A DNA stretch of 56,992 bases from Candidatus Ozemobacteraceae bacterium (GCA_937998695.1 CALLCO010000118.1:1-56992); one strand, 5' to 3'. Counted from the stretch's first letter, positions 9,276 through 18,849 are shown. Made by a program: numbers and translations. Notes: generated from the sequence alone by a model not told the origin.

Positions 9276-10502
9276 ATGGCGGAAACCTGGTTTCTGGCGA
9301 CTCTGTGGCTGGGGCTCGCCCTCGTGGCCACCTTGGTCTCGATCTGGTTGGGCATCGCCACCGCCTTGTCCGAGATCGTCGTCGGCACGGTCGCCCAACT
9401 GTTCATCGGGGCGATGTTCGGCAGCGCGCTGCTGACCGCCGACGTCTCCTGGATCAAGTTCCTGTCCGGGACCGGGGCCATCCTGCTGACCTTCCTCGCC
9501 GGGGCGGAGCTCGACCCGCGCATCTTCCGGCAGCATTGGAAGGAAGCGACCGTCGTCGGGTTCATCAGTTTCCTGAGCCCGTTCCTGGTGTGTGCCGGCG
9601 CGGCCTACTACTTCCTGCATTGGAGCGTGGATGCAAGCTGGCTGGCGGGGGTGGCGCTGTCGACCACCTCGGTGGCCGTCGTCTACGCGGTCATGCTCGA
9701 GTTCGGCCTCAACGAGACGAATTACGGGAAAACCCTGTTGGCGGCCTGCTTCGTCACCGACCTGGGGACGGTTCTGGCCCTGGGCTTCCTGTTCGCCCCC
9801 TTCTCCTCGCGCACCATCCTGTTCCTTGGCGTGTGTGTCGCGGGGTTTTTCGTGTTGCCCTGGCTGACGCCGCGGTTCTTTGCCCGGTACGGGGGGCGCC
9901 CTTCGGAACTCGAAGCGAAGTTTCTCCTCCTCATTCTCTTCGGGTTTGGCGGTCTGGCGGTCTGGGCGGAGAGTGAAGCCGTGCTGCCGGCCTATCTGAT
10001 CGGGATGATGCTGGCCAGCACCGTCGGCAAGGACCACGTTCTGATCAGGCGTTTGCGCACCCTGACGTTCGGGTTGCTGACCCCGTTCTACTTCATCCGG
10101 GCGGGGTCGCTGGTCTCGGTGCCCGCCCTGATCGGGGCCCCGGCGGTCTTCCTGTGGCTGCTGGTCTTCAAACTGATCGCCAAGACGGTCGCCGTCTTCC
10201 CCGCCACGCTGGCCTTCGGCAATGCCCGGTCGGACGGCATGTACACCACCCTGTTGATGTCGACCGGGCTGACGTTCGGTAGCATCTCGGCCCTGTTCGG
10301 GCTGACCCACCAGATCATCGACACCGCCCAATACTCGTTTCTCGTGGCGGCGGTCATCGCGAGCGCGGTGGTTCCCACCCTGATCGCCAATGCCTATTTC
10401 CTGCCCGGGCATCTGCTGCGGGCCCCCGAGAAGGGTTTCGAGTCGCCGGCGGCGGGGCCCGCAGGTGACCAACCGACTCCGGCGGAAGGAGCATCCACAT
10501 GA
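9276..10502 (+). CDS. cation:proton antiporter (Na+/H+ exchanger family, CPA-type)
   Basis: Approximately 12 TM helices. N-terminus MAETWFLATLWLGLALVATLVS..LSEIVVGTVAQLFIG..FLAGAELD is typical of Kef/NapA-type exchangers. GGAGGAG lies 5 nt upstream of ATG 9276. Confidence 0.8.
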   Translation: MAETWFLATLWLGLALVATLVSIWLGIATALSEIVVGTVAQLFIGAMFGSALLTADVSWIKFLSGTGAILLTFLAGAELDPRIFRQHWKEATVVGFISFLSPFLVCAGAAYYFLHWSVDASWLAGVALSTTSVAVVYAVMLEFGLNETNYGKTLLAACFVTDLGTVLALGFLFAPFSSRTILFLGVCVAGFFVLPWLTPRFFARYGGRPSELEAKFLLLILFGFGGLAVWAESEAVLPAYLIGMMLASTVGKDHVLIRRLRTLTFGLLTPFYFIRAGSLVSVPALIGAPAVFLWLLVFKLIAKTVAVFPATLAFGNARSDGMYTTLLMSTGLTFGSISALFGLTHQIIDTAQYSFLVAAVIASAVVPTLIANAYFLPGHLLRAPEKGFESPAAGPAGDQPTPAEGAST

Positions 10503-10915
10503 TCACGCGGATTCTGGCGGCCTATGATTCCTCGGAGCAAGCCCTGAAGGCCTTTCAGTTCGCCCTCGATCTGGCAGGGAAGTTCCAGGCCGACCTGCTC
10601 GCGCTCGCGGTGGCCCGCCCTCCCGAGCCCGCCGAGGACGTGGAGACCGGGGCCGTGTTCGATACGGCCCGCGAGTTCTCCCGGGACCATTTCCAGATGT
10701 TGCGGGAGGTGGCGGCGGCGCAGAACCTGACCATCAATCCCACCATCCTGGTCGGGCATCCCGCCGAGCAGATCCTGCGGGTGGCCGAAGAGGAAAAGGT
10801 CGACCTGATCGTCATGGGGCATCGGGGCAAGAACTTCGTGGAACGATGGTTGATGGGGTCGGTGTCCAGCCCGGTGTTGAGCCATGCCCCCTGCGCCGTG
10901 ACCATCGTGCGGTGA
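10499..10915 (+). CDS. universal stress protein (UspA family)
   Basis: ILAAYDSSEQA...DLIVMGHRGKNFVERWLMGSVSSPVLSHAPCAVTIV is the canonical Usp ATP-binding C-terminus. Overlaps the upstream stop by 4 nt. Confidence 0.85.
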   Translation: MITRILAAYDSSEQALKAFQFALDLAGKFQADLLALAVARPPEPAEDVETGAVFDTAREFSRDHFQMLREVAAAQNLTINPTILVGHPAEQILRVAEEEKVDLIVMGHRGKNFVERWLMGSVSSPVLSHAPCAVTIVR

Positions 10916-10927
10916 CCGGGAGCTGCC

Positions 10928-11302
10928 TTGGAAAATGCTCTGCTGGTCATGGCAGGGGGCAGCCTGGGCGCCCTCAGCCGGTATCTGATTTCGCTGCTGG
11001 CGGTTTCCCTGTTCGGCACGGGATTTCCATGGGGAACTCTGATCGTCAACCATCTGGGTTGCCTGCTCATCGGGTTCCTGCTGACCTTGGCCGAACGGAA
11101 CCTGTTGATCGGTCCTTCCCTGCGTCTGTTCATGGTCACCGGGTTCCTGGGGGCCATGACCACTTTCTCCACCTATGCCTGGGAGAGTGTCCGGGCGGTG
11201 GGAGCGGGTGACGTCCGGTTGGCCGGCACCAACTTCGTGGTGAACAATCTCGTCGGGTTCCTTCTGGTCATTCTTGGGATCTATCTGGCAAAACGGGTTT
11301 GA
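10928..11302 (+). CDS. crcB: fluoride channel CrcB/FluC
   Basis: 124 aa with GGSLGALSRYLIS, FPWGTLIVNHLGCLLIG and GFLGAMTTFSTY motifs. Start is either TTG 10928 or ATG 10949. Confidence 0.85.
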   Translation: MENALLVMAGGSLGALSRYLISLLAVSLFGTGFPWGTLIVNHLGCLLIGFLLTLAERNLLIGPSLRLFMVTGFLGAMTTFSTYAWESVRAVGAGDVRLAGTNFVVNNLVGFLLVILGIYLAKRV

Positions 11303-11315
11303 AAGGGGCGTATCC

Positions 11316-12599
11316 GTGCTGGCCTATTCCCTCATCCGCATCTATACCAGCGAGCGGGCCCGGTTCGACGGGAAACCGCTTTGGGAAGGGGTCATCCAGT
11401 TCGTCACCGAGCTGAAGATCGCGGCCCGCTGCTTCGTCAGCAAAGGGCTGGCCGGGTGCTTCGAGAATGGGGTGGTCGCCATGCCCACCATCGAGGTGCT
11501 GGCCTACGACTTCCCCCTGCGGATCGATCTGCTGCTGCCGACCTCGGAACTGCCGCTCGTGCTTCCCGAACTGGAAGAGATCGTTACCGACGGCCTCATC
11601 ACGGTCGATCCGGTGAATGTGGTGGCTCACAAGTCGAGCATGACCGTGTTGCCGATGCATCTGCGGGTACGGTCGGTCATGACCGGGGAGCCCACCGTGG
11701 TTTCGCCCGACACTGCCCTGGCCGAGGCGGTTCGCCTTCTGCTGGACAAGAACTTCAATGGGCTGCCGGTGGTCGATGACCGGCGCCGCCCGGTCGGCAT
11801 CATCACCCAGGGCGACCTGATGACGCGGGCGGGGTTTCCCCTGCGCCTCGGGCTGGTCGGAGCATTCGGGTCGAACCAAGTGGCCGAGGTGCTGTCCGGG
11901 CTGGCGGGTCGGACGGTGGCCGAGGTCATGACGAAGCCGGTCACCGTCGTTCCCGAAGACCAACCGCTGTCAGAAGCCGTCCAGTCGATGTTGGACCGTG
12001 GTTTGAAACGGCTGCCGGTCGTGGGGAAGGCGGGGGAGATCGTCGGCATGCTGTCGCGCTCCGATGTCTTCCGGGTCATTTCCCGGGAGTCCCCCGATTG
12101 GGGCCAGTTGCGGCAGGGCCGGTTGACCGTGTCCAACCTGACCCGGGTGCGCGACATCATGGAGCGGGACCTCGACACCATCCCCCCCGACACGCCGGTG
12201 GCCGAGGTGCTGCGCAGCCTGTCGTTGCAGGGACGCCAGCGGGTGGCGGTGGTCGATCAGGAGGGCCGCCTGCTCGGGGTGCTCACCGACAAGGACCTGC
12301 TGGCCGCGTTTGCCGATCAGAAGCCGGGGATCTGGGCCTGGCTCGTGGCGAAGGTCCCGTATTTTGATGTCGGGCGTCGCTACCGTGACCTGCTGGAAAG
12401 GGCCCGCCAGACCTGTGCCGCCGATTTCATGCGGAAGGATCCGATCACGGTGCTGGAGGACGCCCCCATCGACGAGGCCATCCGGCTCATGATCCGTCAC
12501 CACCTGAAGCGGTTGCCCGTGGTGGACGGCAAAGGGACTTTTCGCGGGCTGATCAGCCGGGATGCCCTGCTGCGGGCCAACCTGGCTCCGACTCCCTGA
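11316..12599 (+). CDS. DUF190 (PII-like) domain protein fused to two CBS pairs
   Basis: LIRIYTSERARFDGKPLWEGVIQFV is the DUF190 motif commonly linked to crcB, followed by four CBS repeats (e.g. VVSPDTALAEAVRLLLDKNFNGLPVVD). A GTG 11316 start is assumed because the ORF-track start overlaps crcB. Confidence 0.7.
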   Translation: MLAYSLIRIYTSERARFDGKPLWEGVIQFVTELKIAARCFVSKGLAGCFENGVVAMPTIEVLAYDFPLRIDLLLPTSELPLVLPELEEIVTDGLITVDPVNVVAHKSSMTVLPMHLRVRSVMTGEPTVVSPDTALAEAVRLLLDKNFNGLPVVDDRRRPVGIITQGDLMTRAGFPLRLGLVGAFGSNQVAEVLSGLAGRTVAEVMTKPVTVVPEDQPLSEAVQSMLDRGLKRLPVVGKAGEIVGMLSRSDVFRVISRESPDWGQLRQGRLTVSNLTRVRDIMERDLDTIPPDTPVAEVLRSLSLQGRQRVAVVDQEGRLLGVLTDKDLLAAFADQKPGIWAWLVAKVPYFDVGRRYRDLLERARQTCAADFMRKDPITVLEDAPIDEAIRLMIRHHLKRLPVVDGKGTFRGLISRDALLRANLAPTP

Positions 12600-12663
12600 G
12601 GACCCCCGCGGGCGATTTTGGCCGGCCCGGCGGAGCGGGCCTGAAGACCTTTTCAGGCGCGGG

Positions 12664-13371
12664 TCACGGAAGGGGGGGCGGGCTCCGGCGGTCGGTGGCT
12701 CTGGCGACCTCGTAGTCCTGCGGGGAGTTGAGGTTGGTCAGGACCCGGGTCCAGAAGGCAGGATCGATGAGGGTGTCGAGGAACCGGACGGGCCGGTGGT
12801 CGAGAAGGGCGGTGGGGCGTCGCCGCCCCTGCGCCAGGAGGTCCTCGACGAGGGGAAGCCCGTCACGGGGGTAGAGGGCCAGCAACGGATGGAGGCCATC
12901 GGGGCCCCGCGGCATGACGACGGTGCCAGGAGCCGCCAGGGCCCAGAGCCGCCGCAGGGCGGCGGGTTCCAGGAACGGCATGTCGCAGGCCACCAGCGCC
13001 ACATGGGAGTGCAAGGGGGTGGCGGCCGCCAGGCCCAGGCGCAAGCCGCCCAGCGGCCCGACCAGGTCGGGGTCGGGAACGAAGCGGGGGACGGGCGCAT
13101 TGGCGGCCAGGTCCAGGCGCCAGCCGCTCACTGGCCCGATCATCTCGTGGCCGGGAAGGGAACGGAGGGCGGGCCCGCTGGGTGGCAGCTCGCCGGCCGG
13201 ATACCCGCGCCCACCGACGATCAGGAGCTCGGTGGCCACCTCCTGCAGACGGCCGACCACATGCCCGAGCAGGGTGCCGTCGCGCCAGGGCAGCCGGGCC
13301 TTGTCGGTGCCCATGCGGCGACCGGCCCCGCCGGCCAGCACGACGGCGGTAAGGGGAAGTCGGCCGCTCAT
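12664..13371 (-). CDS. mobA: molybdenum cofactor guanylyltransferase
   Basis: TAVVLAGGAGRRMGTDKARLPW...VACDMPFL motifs. Only the C-terminal 235 codons of ORF 12664..14067 are used. Confidence 0.8.
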   Translation of the reverse strand: MSGRLPLTAVVLAGGAGRRMGTDKARLPWRDGTLLGHVVGRLQEVATELLIVGGRGYPAGELPPSGPALRSLPGHEMIGPVSGWRLDLAANAPVPRFVPDPDLVGPLGGLRLGLAAATPLHSHVALVACDMPFLEPAALRRLWALAAPGTVVMPRGPDGLHPLLALYPRDGLPLVEDLLAQGRRRPTALLDHRPVRFLDTLIDPAFWTRVLTNLNSPQDYEVARATDRRSPPPLP

Positions 13372-13946
13372 GCCGGGGTTCCCGTCACTTCCCCGAATCC
13401 CGTCGGGATGAGTGATGGCCATTGGGCGAGGTGGCAGGTCGAATGGACCCCACCCGTCCGGTCGAACCGTGGGGAGCAGCGCTGCAAGGCCCGCATGGCG
13501 GCCACGATCGCGGTCGCTTCGATGGTGGCCGACGAGGTGACCGGGGGGAAGCGTTCCGCCTGCAGGGGGGAGATGAACGTCAGGCCGCGTCCGCACCCCG
13601 TGGTGACCGACCGCACCGGGTCGAGCGCGGGGGGCGGGCGCTCCCCGACCAGTTGCACCATCACGGCCTGGGACTGCGGAACGACGGTGACCTGGGCGAC
13701 CGCCGCCAGGTCGTCGATCACCCCTTCCGTTCGCAGGAAGCCCAAGGCCAGATCCTCCAGGGCGGTGGGCAGGGCCAGCAGGCGCACCACCTCGGTCTCT
13801 CTGATGAACACGGGGATGCGCACTTCCCTCACCACTGTCTCGGTGAGCTGGTCCAGGGTACCTCCTGCGTAGCGGACGGCACGAACTTCCTCGCAGCCCA
13901 CAAGCGGGGGCGGGCAAGGCGGAGACGCAGGGGCAACCATGACCAC
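13368..13946 (-). CDS. fdhD: FdhD-like sulfurtransferase, C-terminally truncated (possible pseudogene)
   Basis: FdhD N-domain pattern (LEDLALGFLRTEGVI), Cys loop TTGCGRG, then TGGVHS. The ORF ends about 20 codons later, where the C-terminal ~90-100 aa of FdhD should follow. ATGA overlap with mobA. Confidence 0.6.
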   Translation of the reverse strand: MVMVAPASPPCPPPLVGCEEVRAVRYAGGTLDQLTETVVREVRIPVFIRETEVVRLLALPTALEDLALGFLRTEGVIDDLAAVAQVTVVPQSQAVMVQLVGERPPPALDPVRSVTTGCGRGLTFISPLQAERFPPVTSSATIEATAIVAAMRALQRCSPRFDRTGGVHSTCHLAQWPSLIPTGFGEVTGTPA

Positions 13947-14201
13947 ATCCTACCGCGAAAGGGTCATCTCCACAAATCCACCCTGGAGGCATTCTCCCCT
14001 CAGCGGTGGCGATCCGGCGAGGTTGTCCCGGGTGGCCACTTGGGTTCCCCGGTACATCTCCAACCAAGACGAAGATCCTCCCGGGGCAGACGGCCGCCTG
14101 TGAGGTGAGGAAGCGATGTGGGGGAGAGCCTGGGGGTTGGTCCTGGGGGAGGGGGTCCGAGACTGTGATAGAATTACAGGGTCTGGGAAGGAGAACGCAC
14201 T

Positions 14202-14921
14202 ATGCTGACCAGGAGCTGCCGCCTGTGGGCGGTCCTTTTCATGGTTGGAATGCTGACCCTGTCTGTGCAACCGGGGGTGACGGCTCCCGAGGTCGATGGG
14301 TTCATGCCCGCCTGGCGGGTAGGGGACGCCTGGGTTGTCGAGGCCCGGTATCGCAACCTGGCCATGGGCGAGGATGCCTGGCTGCCGCCGATCCGTTGGC
14401 GGTTCCACGTGCGCTCGGCCCGGGAGGTCGATGGCGAGCCGTGCTTCCTGCTGCACGTGGTGCCGCTGGGGCGGCCCGACCTGAAGGTGCAGGCCGTCCT
14501 GTGGCTGGCGCAGCGTGATCTGCGGCCGGTGCGGGTGATCGACGTGTTCCCGCTGCGCGGCGTGGCGACGGCCCGTCGACGCGAGTTCGACCCGCGGCGC
14601 CTGACGCCGCTGTTCCCGGAAGGGGCGCTGATTCCCTACGCGCTCCCCCTGTTTCCCTTTGCCGAACCCTCGCATACGACCGGGCCAACCGTTGTCGTCG
14701 GGGAGAAGGCGGTGGCGGTGGCCTCGACCACGTTCGTCGATCGGGTGTCCCAGACCTGGAGCCCGACCCCGCGCGGGTTCGTCGTCGAGCTCGACGACGG
14801 GCAGCCGGGCGGGGGCATCCGCCAAGAATGGTGGAAGGGACTGCCGTGGGCGGTCTCGCAATCGGGCCGGGCCATGGAAGTCCGCCTGGTCGAGCCGGCC
14901 CCGGGGGAGGAACGCCGATGA
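14202..14921 (+). CDS. hypothetical secreted protein
   Basis: GGAAGGAG SD and signal-peptide-like N-terminus MLTRSCRLWAVLFMVGMLTLSVQPGVTA. No family recognised. Confidence 0.5.
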   Translation: MLTRSCRLWAVLFMVGMLTLSVQPGVTAPEVDGFMPAWRVGDAWVVEARYRNLAMGEDAWLPPIRWRFHVRSAREVDGEPCFLLHVVPLGRPDLKVQAVLWLAQRDLRPVRVIDVFPLRGVATARRREFDPRRLTPLFPEGALIPYALPLFPFAEPSHTTGPTVVVGEKAVAVASTTFVDRVSQTWSPTPRGFVVELDDGQPGGGIRQEWWKGLPWAVSQSGRAMEVRLVEPAPGEERR

Positions 14922-16111
14922 ACCGATGCGCCTTGTCCCTGCGATCTGCGGGTGTCCGACGCGGCACCTCTTCCCTGGTTGTGCTCTTAGCCATTTCTGA
15001 TGTCATCGAGGTTTGGTCCTCGCGGCGCGGTGCCCCCTCCGGGGGAGGGAGCCGCCCTCGCCGGGCCGCCCTGACCGGGGCTGTGCTGGTTGGTCTGCTG
15101 GTTGCCGCCCTGGTGGCCAGCTTTCCCGCCGCGGCCGAGGCGCAGATGACCGCCTCCGGCACGTTCAAACTGGCCCCGACCGGTCGGGAGGTGGCGGTCA
15201 TCCGGCCTCATCCGTGGTCGGGCTGGTACTGGCCGTGGGCGCGGGTGCCGTTGGCCAAGGTGCTGGCGAAATACGACACCTTCGTCGCCAAGCGAACCGG
15301 TCGCAACCCTGGCGCCGCTGCCTGGGAGCGCAAGCATCATCGAGGCGGCGAGGACTGGTCGGGCCACTGCAATGGATGGGCCGCCGCCGCCTCGCTTGAG
15401 CCGGAGCCCCGCAACCCCCGAACCGTCGACGGCATGGTCTTCACGGTCGGCGAGCAGAAAGGCTTGCTCAGCGAACTCTACATGGACTGCTACCACCAGT
15501 TCTATGGCACCCGCTGCTATTCGTCGAAATCGGACCCCGACATCCTGCCCCACCATTTCCACCGGTTGTTGCTCGAATACATGAAGGAACGTCAGGTGCC
15601 GATCGTCATCGACGCCGATGCCGGTTCCCCGGTCTGGAATTATCCCGCCTACGCCTTCGAAACGACCTGGACGACCGATGTCCGACGCGGCAAGGCCGAG
15701 GTCACCACCAAGCTCTATCTGGCCGACGACAACGTCGTCGCCGACTTCCTCGGAACCAAGGGCCTGGTCAAGACCTACCGCTACACGCTCGACCTGAACG
15801 TGGCCGGCGAGGTCACCGGCGGCGCCTGGGCCCGCGGCACCGGCAAGAACCATCCCGACTTCGTCTGGGTGCCGACCGCCAACAGCCCCCCGGCGGGCTG
15901 GCAGAACCCCGCCGTCGAAGAGGCCATGGTCAGGGCCATCGTGGGAAGCCCCGCCCCGCCGTCACCGCCGTCGCCGCCGCCGGCTTCGGGGGTGGCAAGT
16001 CTCTCCCGCCTGGCGATGGAAGGTGAGCCGACCCTGGTGCCGGACCAGGCCTACGATACCGTGCTGCAGGAAGCCGGGATCGACCCGGCCCAGCTCTTTG
16101 CGGGGGATTGA
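14918..16111 (+). CDS. secreted protein, candidate GP42/transglutaminase-elicitor-like Cys enzyme
   Basis: ATGA-coupled to the upstream gene. Has a TM/signal segment, WSGHCNGWAAAAS (nt 15365-15379 encode HCNGW), and VWNYPAYAFETTW, which resembles the Phytophthora Pep-13 motif VWNQPVRGFKVYE. Pro-rich C-terminus. Confidence 0.45.
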   Translation: MNRCALSLRSAGVRRGTSSLVVLLAISDVIEVWSSRRGAPSGGGSRPRRAALTGAVLVGLLVAALVASFPAAAEAQMTASGTFKLAPTGREVAVIRPHPWSGWYWPWARVPLAKVLAKYDTFVAKRTGRNPGAAAWERKHHRGGEDWSGHCNGWAAAASLEPEPRNPRTVDGMVFTVGEQKGLLSELYMDCYHQFYGTRCYSSKSDPDILPHHFHRLLLEYMKERQVPIVIDADAGSPVWNYPAYAFETTWTTDVRRGKAEVTTKLYLADDNVVADFLGTKGLVKTYRYTLDLNVAGEVTGGAWARGTGKNHPDFVWVPTANSPPAGWQNPAVEEAMVRAIVGSPAPPSPPSPPPASGVASLSRLAMEGEPTLVPDQAYDTVLQEAGIDPAQLFAGD

Positions 16112-16290
16112 TCCGGCTTCGCGGGGGATCGAGGCACGGTGGATCGGGACCAATAGAACTTCTTCCCGAGGAGTGAGCATTCTCCCCACGTGCCCTAAGA
16201 TGGGCTGCGGGTCCGTTCAGCAATCCTCCTGTGCCCTGTTCACGCATATGAATTCGGTTAATATGACTCCCGCAGTTTCTCAACCCCTGG

Positions 16291-16500
16291 GGCCGGGTTC
16301 GCCTCCAGACACCATTCCGCAGGCTCGGATCGGTGGCCTCGGGTTCGGCTCGATTCGTCGTCCGAACCTTGCAGAATCGCCATCCATGGCGATCTGCGAG
16401 GCGTGAGGCCAGCCAGGCCTCGCGGGACGTCGAAGCGGCCTCTCCCTCGGACCGATCCGGCCTGCTCCATGTGTGTCTTCCGGCGAATCCGGCCCCAGGG
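16291..16500. repeat. dispersed intergenic repeat family 1, copy 2
   Basis: Collinear with copy 1 from gcctccagac..cattccgc through gccatggcgatctgcgaggcg to cttccggcgaatccggcccc. Confidence 0.7.
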
Positions 16501-16522
16501 CGGATGTTTCAAATACGGTAGA

Positions 16523-16638
16523 GGCTGTTGCACGAATGCCAAAAACGGCCATCTTTCCTGTACGGTCTGCGGGCAGACGCGCTCCAGATCGAGGGCACTG
16601 TGTACCGGCAGCCCGAAAATCGGATTCATGCAACAGCC
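16523..16638. repeat. IR-bounded 116-bp element (repeat family 2, copy A)
   Basis: Perfect 10-bp terminal inverted repeats ggctgttgca / tgcaacagcc. The interior is ~70% identical by eye to 43076-43192. Confidence 0.65.
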
Positions 16639-16869
16639 TCAAACGCTTGGCGTTTCCCTGACGGCAGCCTAGCGGCGCTGGCCAACGAAAGCTATCGAGC
16701 GGTTCTCTGCGCCAGAATGTCCCCCCCCTTCCTCAGGCGGGCAGGTGAGGGCGAAAGCCGGGACGAGCGAAGACGAGCGAAATGATGGAAGCAGGAATGT
16801 GGTGGTTGGGCTTTCGCCATGACAGGTCCAGGAGCGGTAATAGCGCTCTCTCACAGCCCGCCGCGGGTG

Positions 16870-18846
16870 TCAGAGCAGGAACGCCAGGCCCGCGGCCAGC
16901 AGGACCATGAGCAAGAGGCCGGTCGAGAACCCTTCGAATCGGGAGATTCCCGCGAGAACCCATTCCACGACAGGCCTCTCTCCCCATGATGGGAGCAGTG
17001 GGTCGAGGGTGCCCGGGATGGAGCATCTCGGGGGACTCACCTCGGAAAGGGGCAAGGTGGGTTGAGAGCCTTGGGGAGTCTCCGTTGGGAGCGGGCAACT
17101 GGCGATTGGCTCGACTCCCTTGTGAGCTGGTGATGGGGGTGAGAGGTCGTTCAGAAAAGGGAGGGCGACGTCTGAGGAGGCAGCGGCGAGAGTGGGCGGC
17201 CGAGCAGGGACGGGGGGCGAGGCCACGAAAAGGCCGACTAGGTGCAGCAGATCGCCGGGGGGCACTTCCAGGCAGGCCCGGAGACGCTCAGCGATGGAGG
17301 GGGCCACCCGCCGGGCGACCGCGGCCATGGCCAAGGCAGCCAGGGGTGGAAGGGCCGCCTTGCCCAGTCCACCAACGGTCAAGCCGAGCGTTGCCGGTGA
17401 AAACCCCCCTGGTCCGAGGAGGGCGACCGGCAGGAGGAACATTCCCAGGAGCAGACCGGCCCAGGGGACGAGCATGGTGAGAGGCGCAGCGGGGAGTCCC
17501 GGCTTTCCTTCACGGGGCAGGAGGGCGAGGAAGCGCAACAGCAACAGCATGGTCGTCACCCCCGACAGCGGCACCAGCACCTCGAGCGTCGGTTGCCAGG
17601 CGGCTCCGGCCAGGGGAAGGGAACCCTTCAGCAGGGCCTTGGCCGCCTGCCCACTGGTCAAGGAACAGCCGGCCAGGGAAGCCCCCAGGAGGCCGAGGCC
17701 CCCCATGACGATCCGGCGGCAGGCAGGGGACAGGCTGGTCTGCGTCAGCCCGACGCCCAGAAAGAGCGCCCCCTTGGTCAGTCCGTGATGGACGGTGAAA
17801 ACTCCCAGGCAGATCAGGAGCGGCTCGATCTCGGCGCCGGATCCGGCATCCGCCCGGAGCCCCAAGCCGGCGGCCAGGGCGACGAATCCCATCTGGCTGA
17901 CGCTGGAGTAGGCCAGCAGCGCCTTGGGATTGGTCTGGGTGAGCCCGGCAAGAGCCGCCCCGAAGGTGCCGGTCAGACCCGCGAGGACGAGGAAGGAGCC
18001 GGGCAGGAGGGCTCCCGTCCCCCACGGGAAAAGGCGTAGCCAGAGCAACAGGCCGGTCTTGATGATGACGCCGCTGAGCACCGCGCTGGCCGGAGTCGGG
18101 GCGGCGGGATGGGCCAGCGGCAGCCAGACGTGCAGCGGCACCAGCCCCAGCTTGATCCCGAAGCCGGCGATCAGCAGCCAGAGCACGGCGTCGCGTGAGG
18201 GACCGGCGGCGAGCGCGGTCGCGGCGGCCGCGAACGTGACCTCGCCCTGGGCCAGGCGGCAGGCCCAGACCAGGCCGGCAAAGGCGACCACCTCACCGAG
18301 GATGGCCAGGGCGAGATAGGCTCTGCCGGCCGCCCGGTTCGGCGCGGAGGGGTGATGGATCACCAGGCCGTAGGCCGACAGGCTCATCACCGTGAAGAAG
18401 ACGGTGAAGGAAACCATGTCCTGGCACGGTATCAGCAACAGGTTCCCGCCCATGGTGGCGAGGAACCATCCCCAGAAACGTCGTTCCTCCGATGGGCGCT
18501 CGCCCGTCGCAGGCAGATAGCCGCGGGCATACCAGCCGGCGGCCAGCCAGACCGTGGCGGTCAGGGCGAGGAAGATCCGGGCGGTGCGGTCGAGGCGCAG
18601 CAGGGTCCCCAGAAACAACCAGGGCAGGTCGAGGGTGAGATCTTCCGGCAGGAAGAGGGCTGCCAGCAGCGCGGGCAAGGGGGCCCAGGGGGCGGCCGCG
18701 AGCCAGGTGGGGGTATTCGGTCCGTGGCGATCGCGGTTTCCCTGCCCGTATTCAAGACCCTCTTCTGTGGTTGAATCGCCGGAGGTCAGGAGCCGGATCA
18801 AGATGGCCAGAGGGGAGAAGAGGGCCAACACCAGCAGCATGCCCAT
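16870..18846 (-). CDS. MrpD/NuoM/N-like proton-conducting antiporter subunit (third copy)
   Basis: Proton_antipo_M-type core (GFGIKLGLVPLHVWLPLAHPAAPTPASAVLSGVIIKTG). Pro-rich C-terminal segment plus a terminal helix. Confidence 0.75.
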   Translation of the reverse strand: MGMLLVLALFSPLAILIRLLTSGDSTTEEGLEYGQGNRDRHGPNTPTWLAAAPWAPLPALLAALFLPEDLTLDLPWLFLGTLLRLDRTARIFLALTATVWLAAGWYARGYLPATGERPSEERRFWGWFLATMGGNLLLIPCQDMVSFTVFFTVMSLSAYGLVIHHPSAPNRAAGRAYLALAILGEVVAFAGLVWACRLAQGEVTFAAAATALAAGPSRDAVLWLLIAGFGIKLGLVPLHVWLPLAHPAAPTPASAVLSGVIIKTGLLLWLRLFPWGTGALLPGSFLVLAGLTGTFGAALAGLTQTNPKALLAYSSVSQMGFVALAAGLGLRADAGSGAEIEPLLICLGVFTVHHGLTKGALFLGVGLTQTSLSPACRRIVMGGLGLLGASLAGCSLTSGQAAKALLKGSLPLAGAAWQPTLEVLVPLSGVTTMLLLLRFLALLPREGKPGLPAAPLTMLVPWAGLLLGMFLLPVALLGPGGFSPATLGLTVGGLGKAALPPLAALAMAAVARRVAPSIAERLRACLEVPPGDLLHLVGLFVASPPVPARPPTLAAASSDVALPFLNDLSPPSPAHKGVEPIASCPLPTETPQGSQPTLPLSEVSPPRCSIPGTLDPLLPSWGERPVVEWVLAGISRFEGFSTGLLLMVLLAAGLAFLL

Positions 18847-18849
18847 GGG

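Noticed and set aside
12664-14067. 467-aa ORF treated as one gene.
   Set aside because: Only the last 235 codons look like MobA. The upstream part is Pro/Gly/Arg-rich and overlaps the fdhD-like gene, which reads in another frame with real motifs.
13947-14200. Moco riboswitch upstream of fdhD/mobA.
   Set aside because: I found only a loose GCCTCCAGG resemblance to the conserved GCCUCCGAG element on the minus strand, and could not assemble the rest of the motif by eye.
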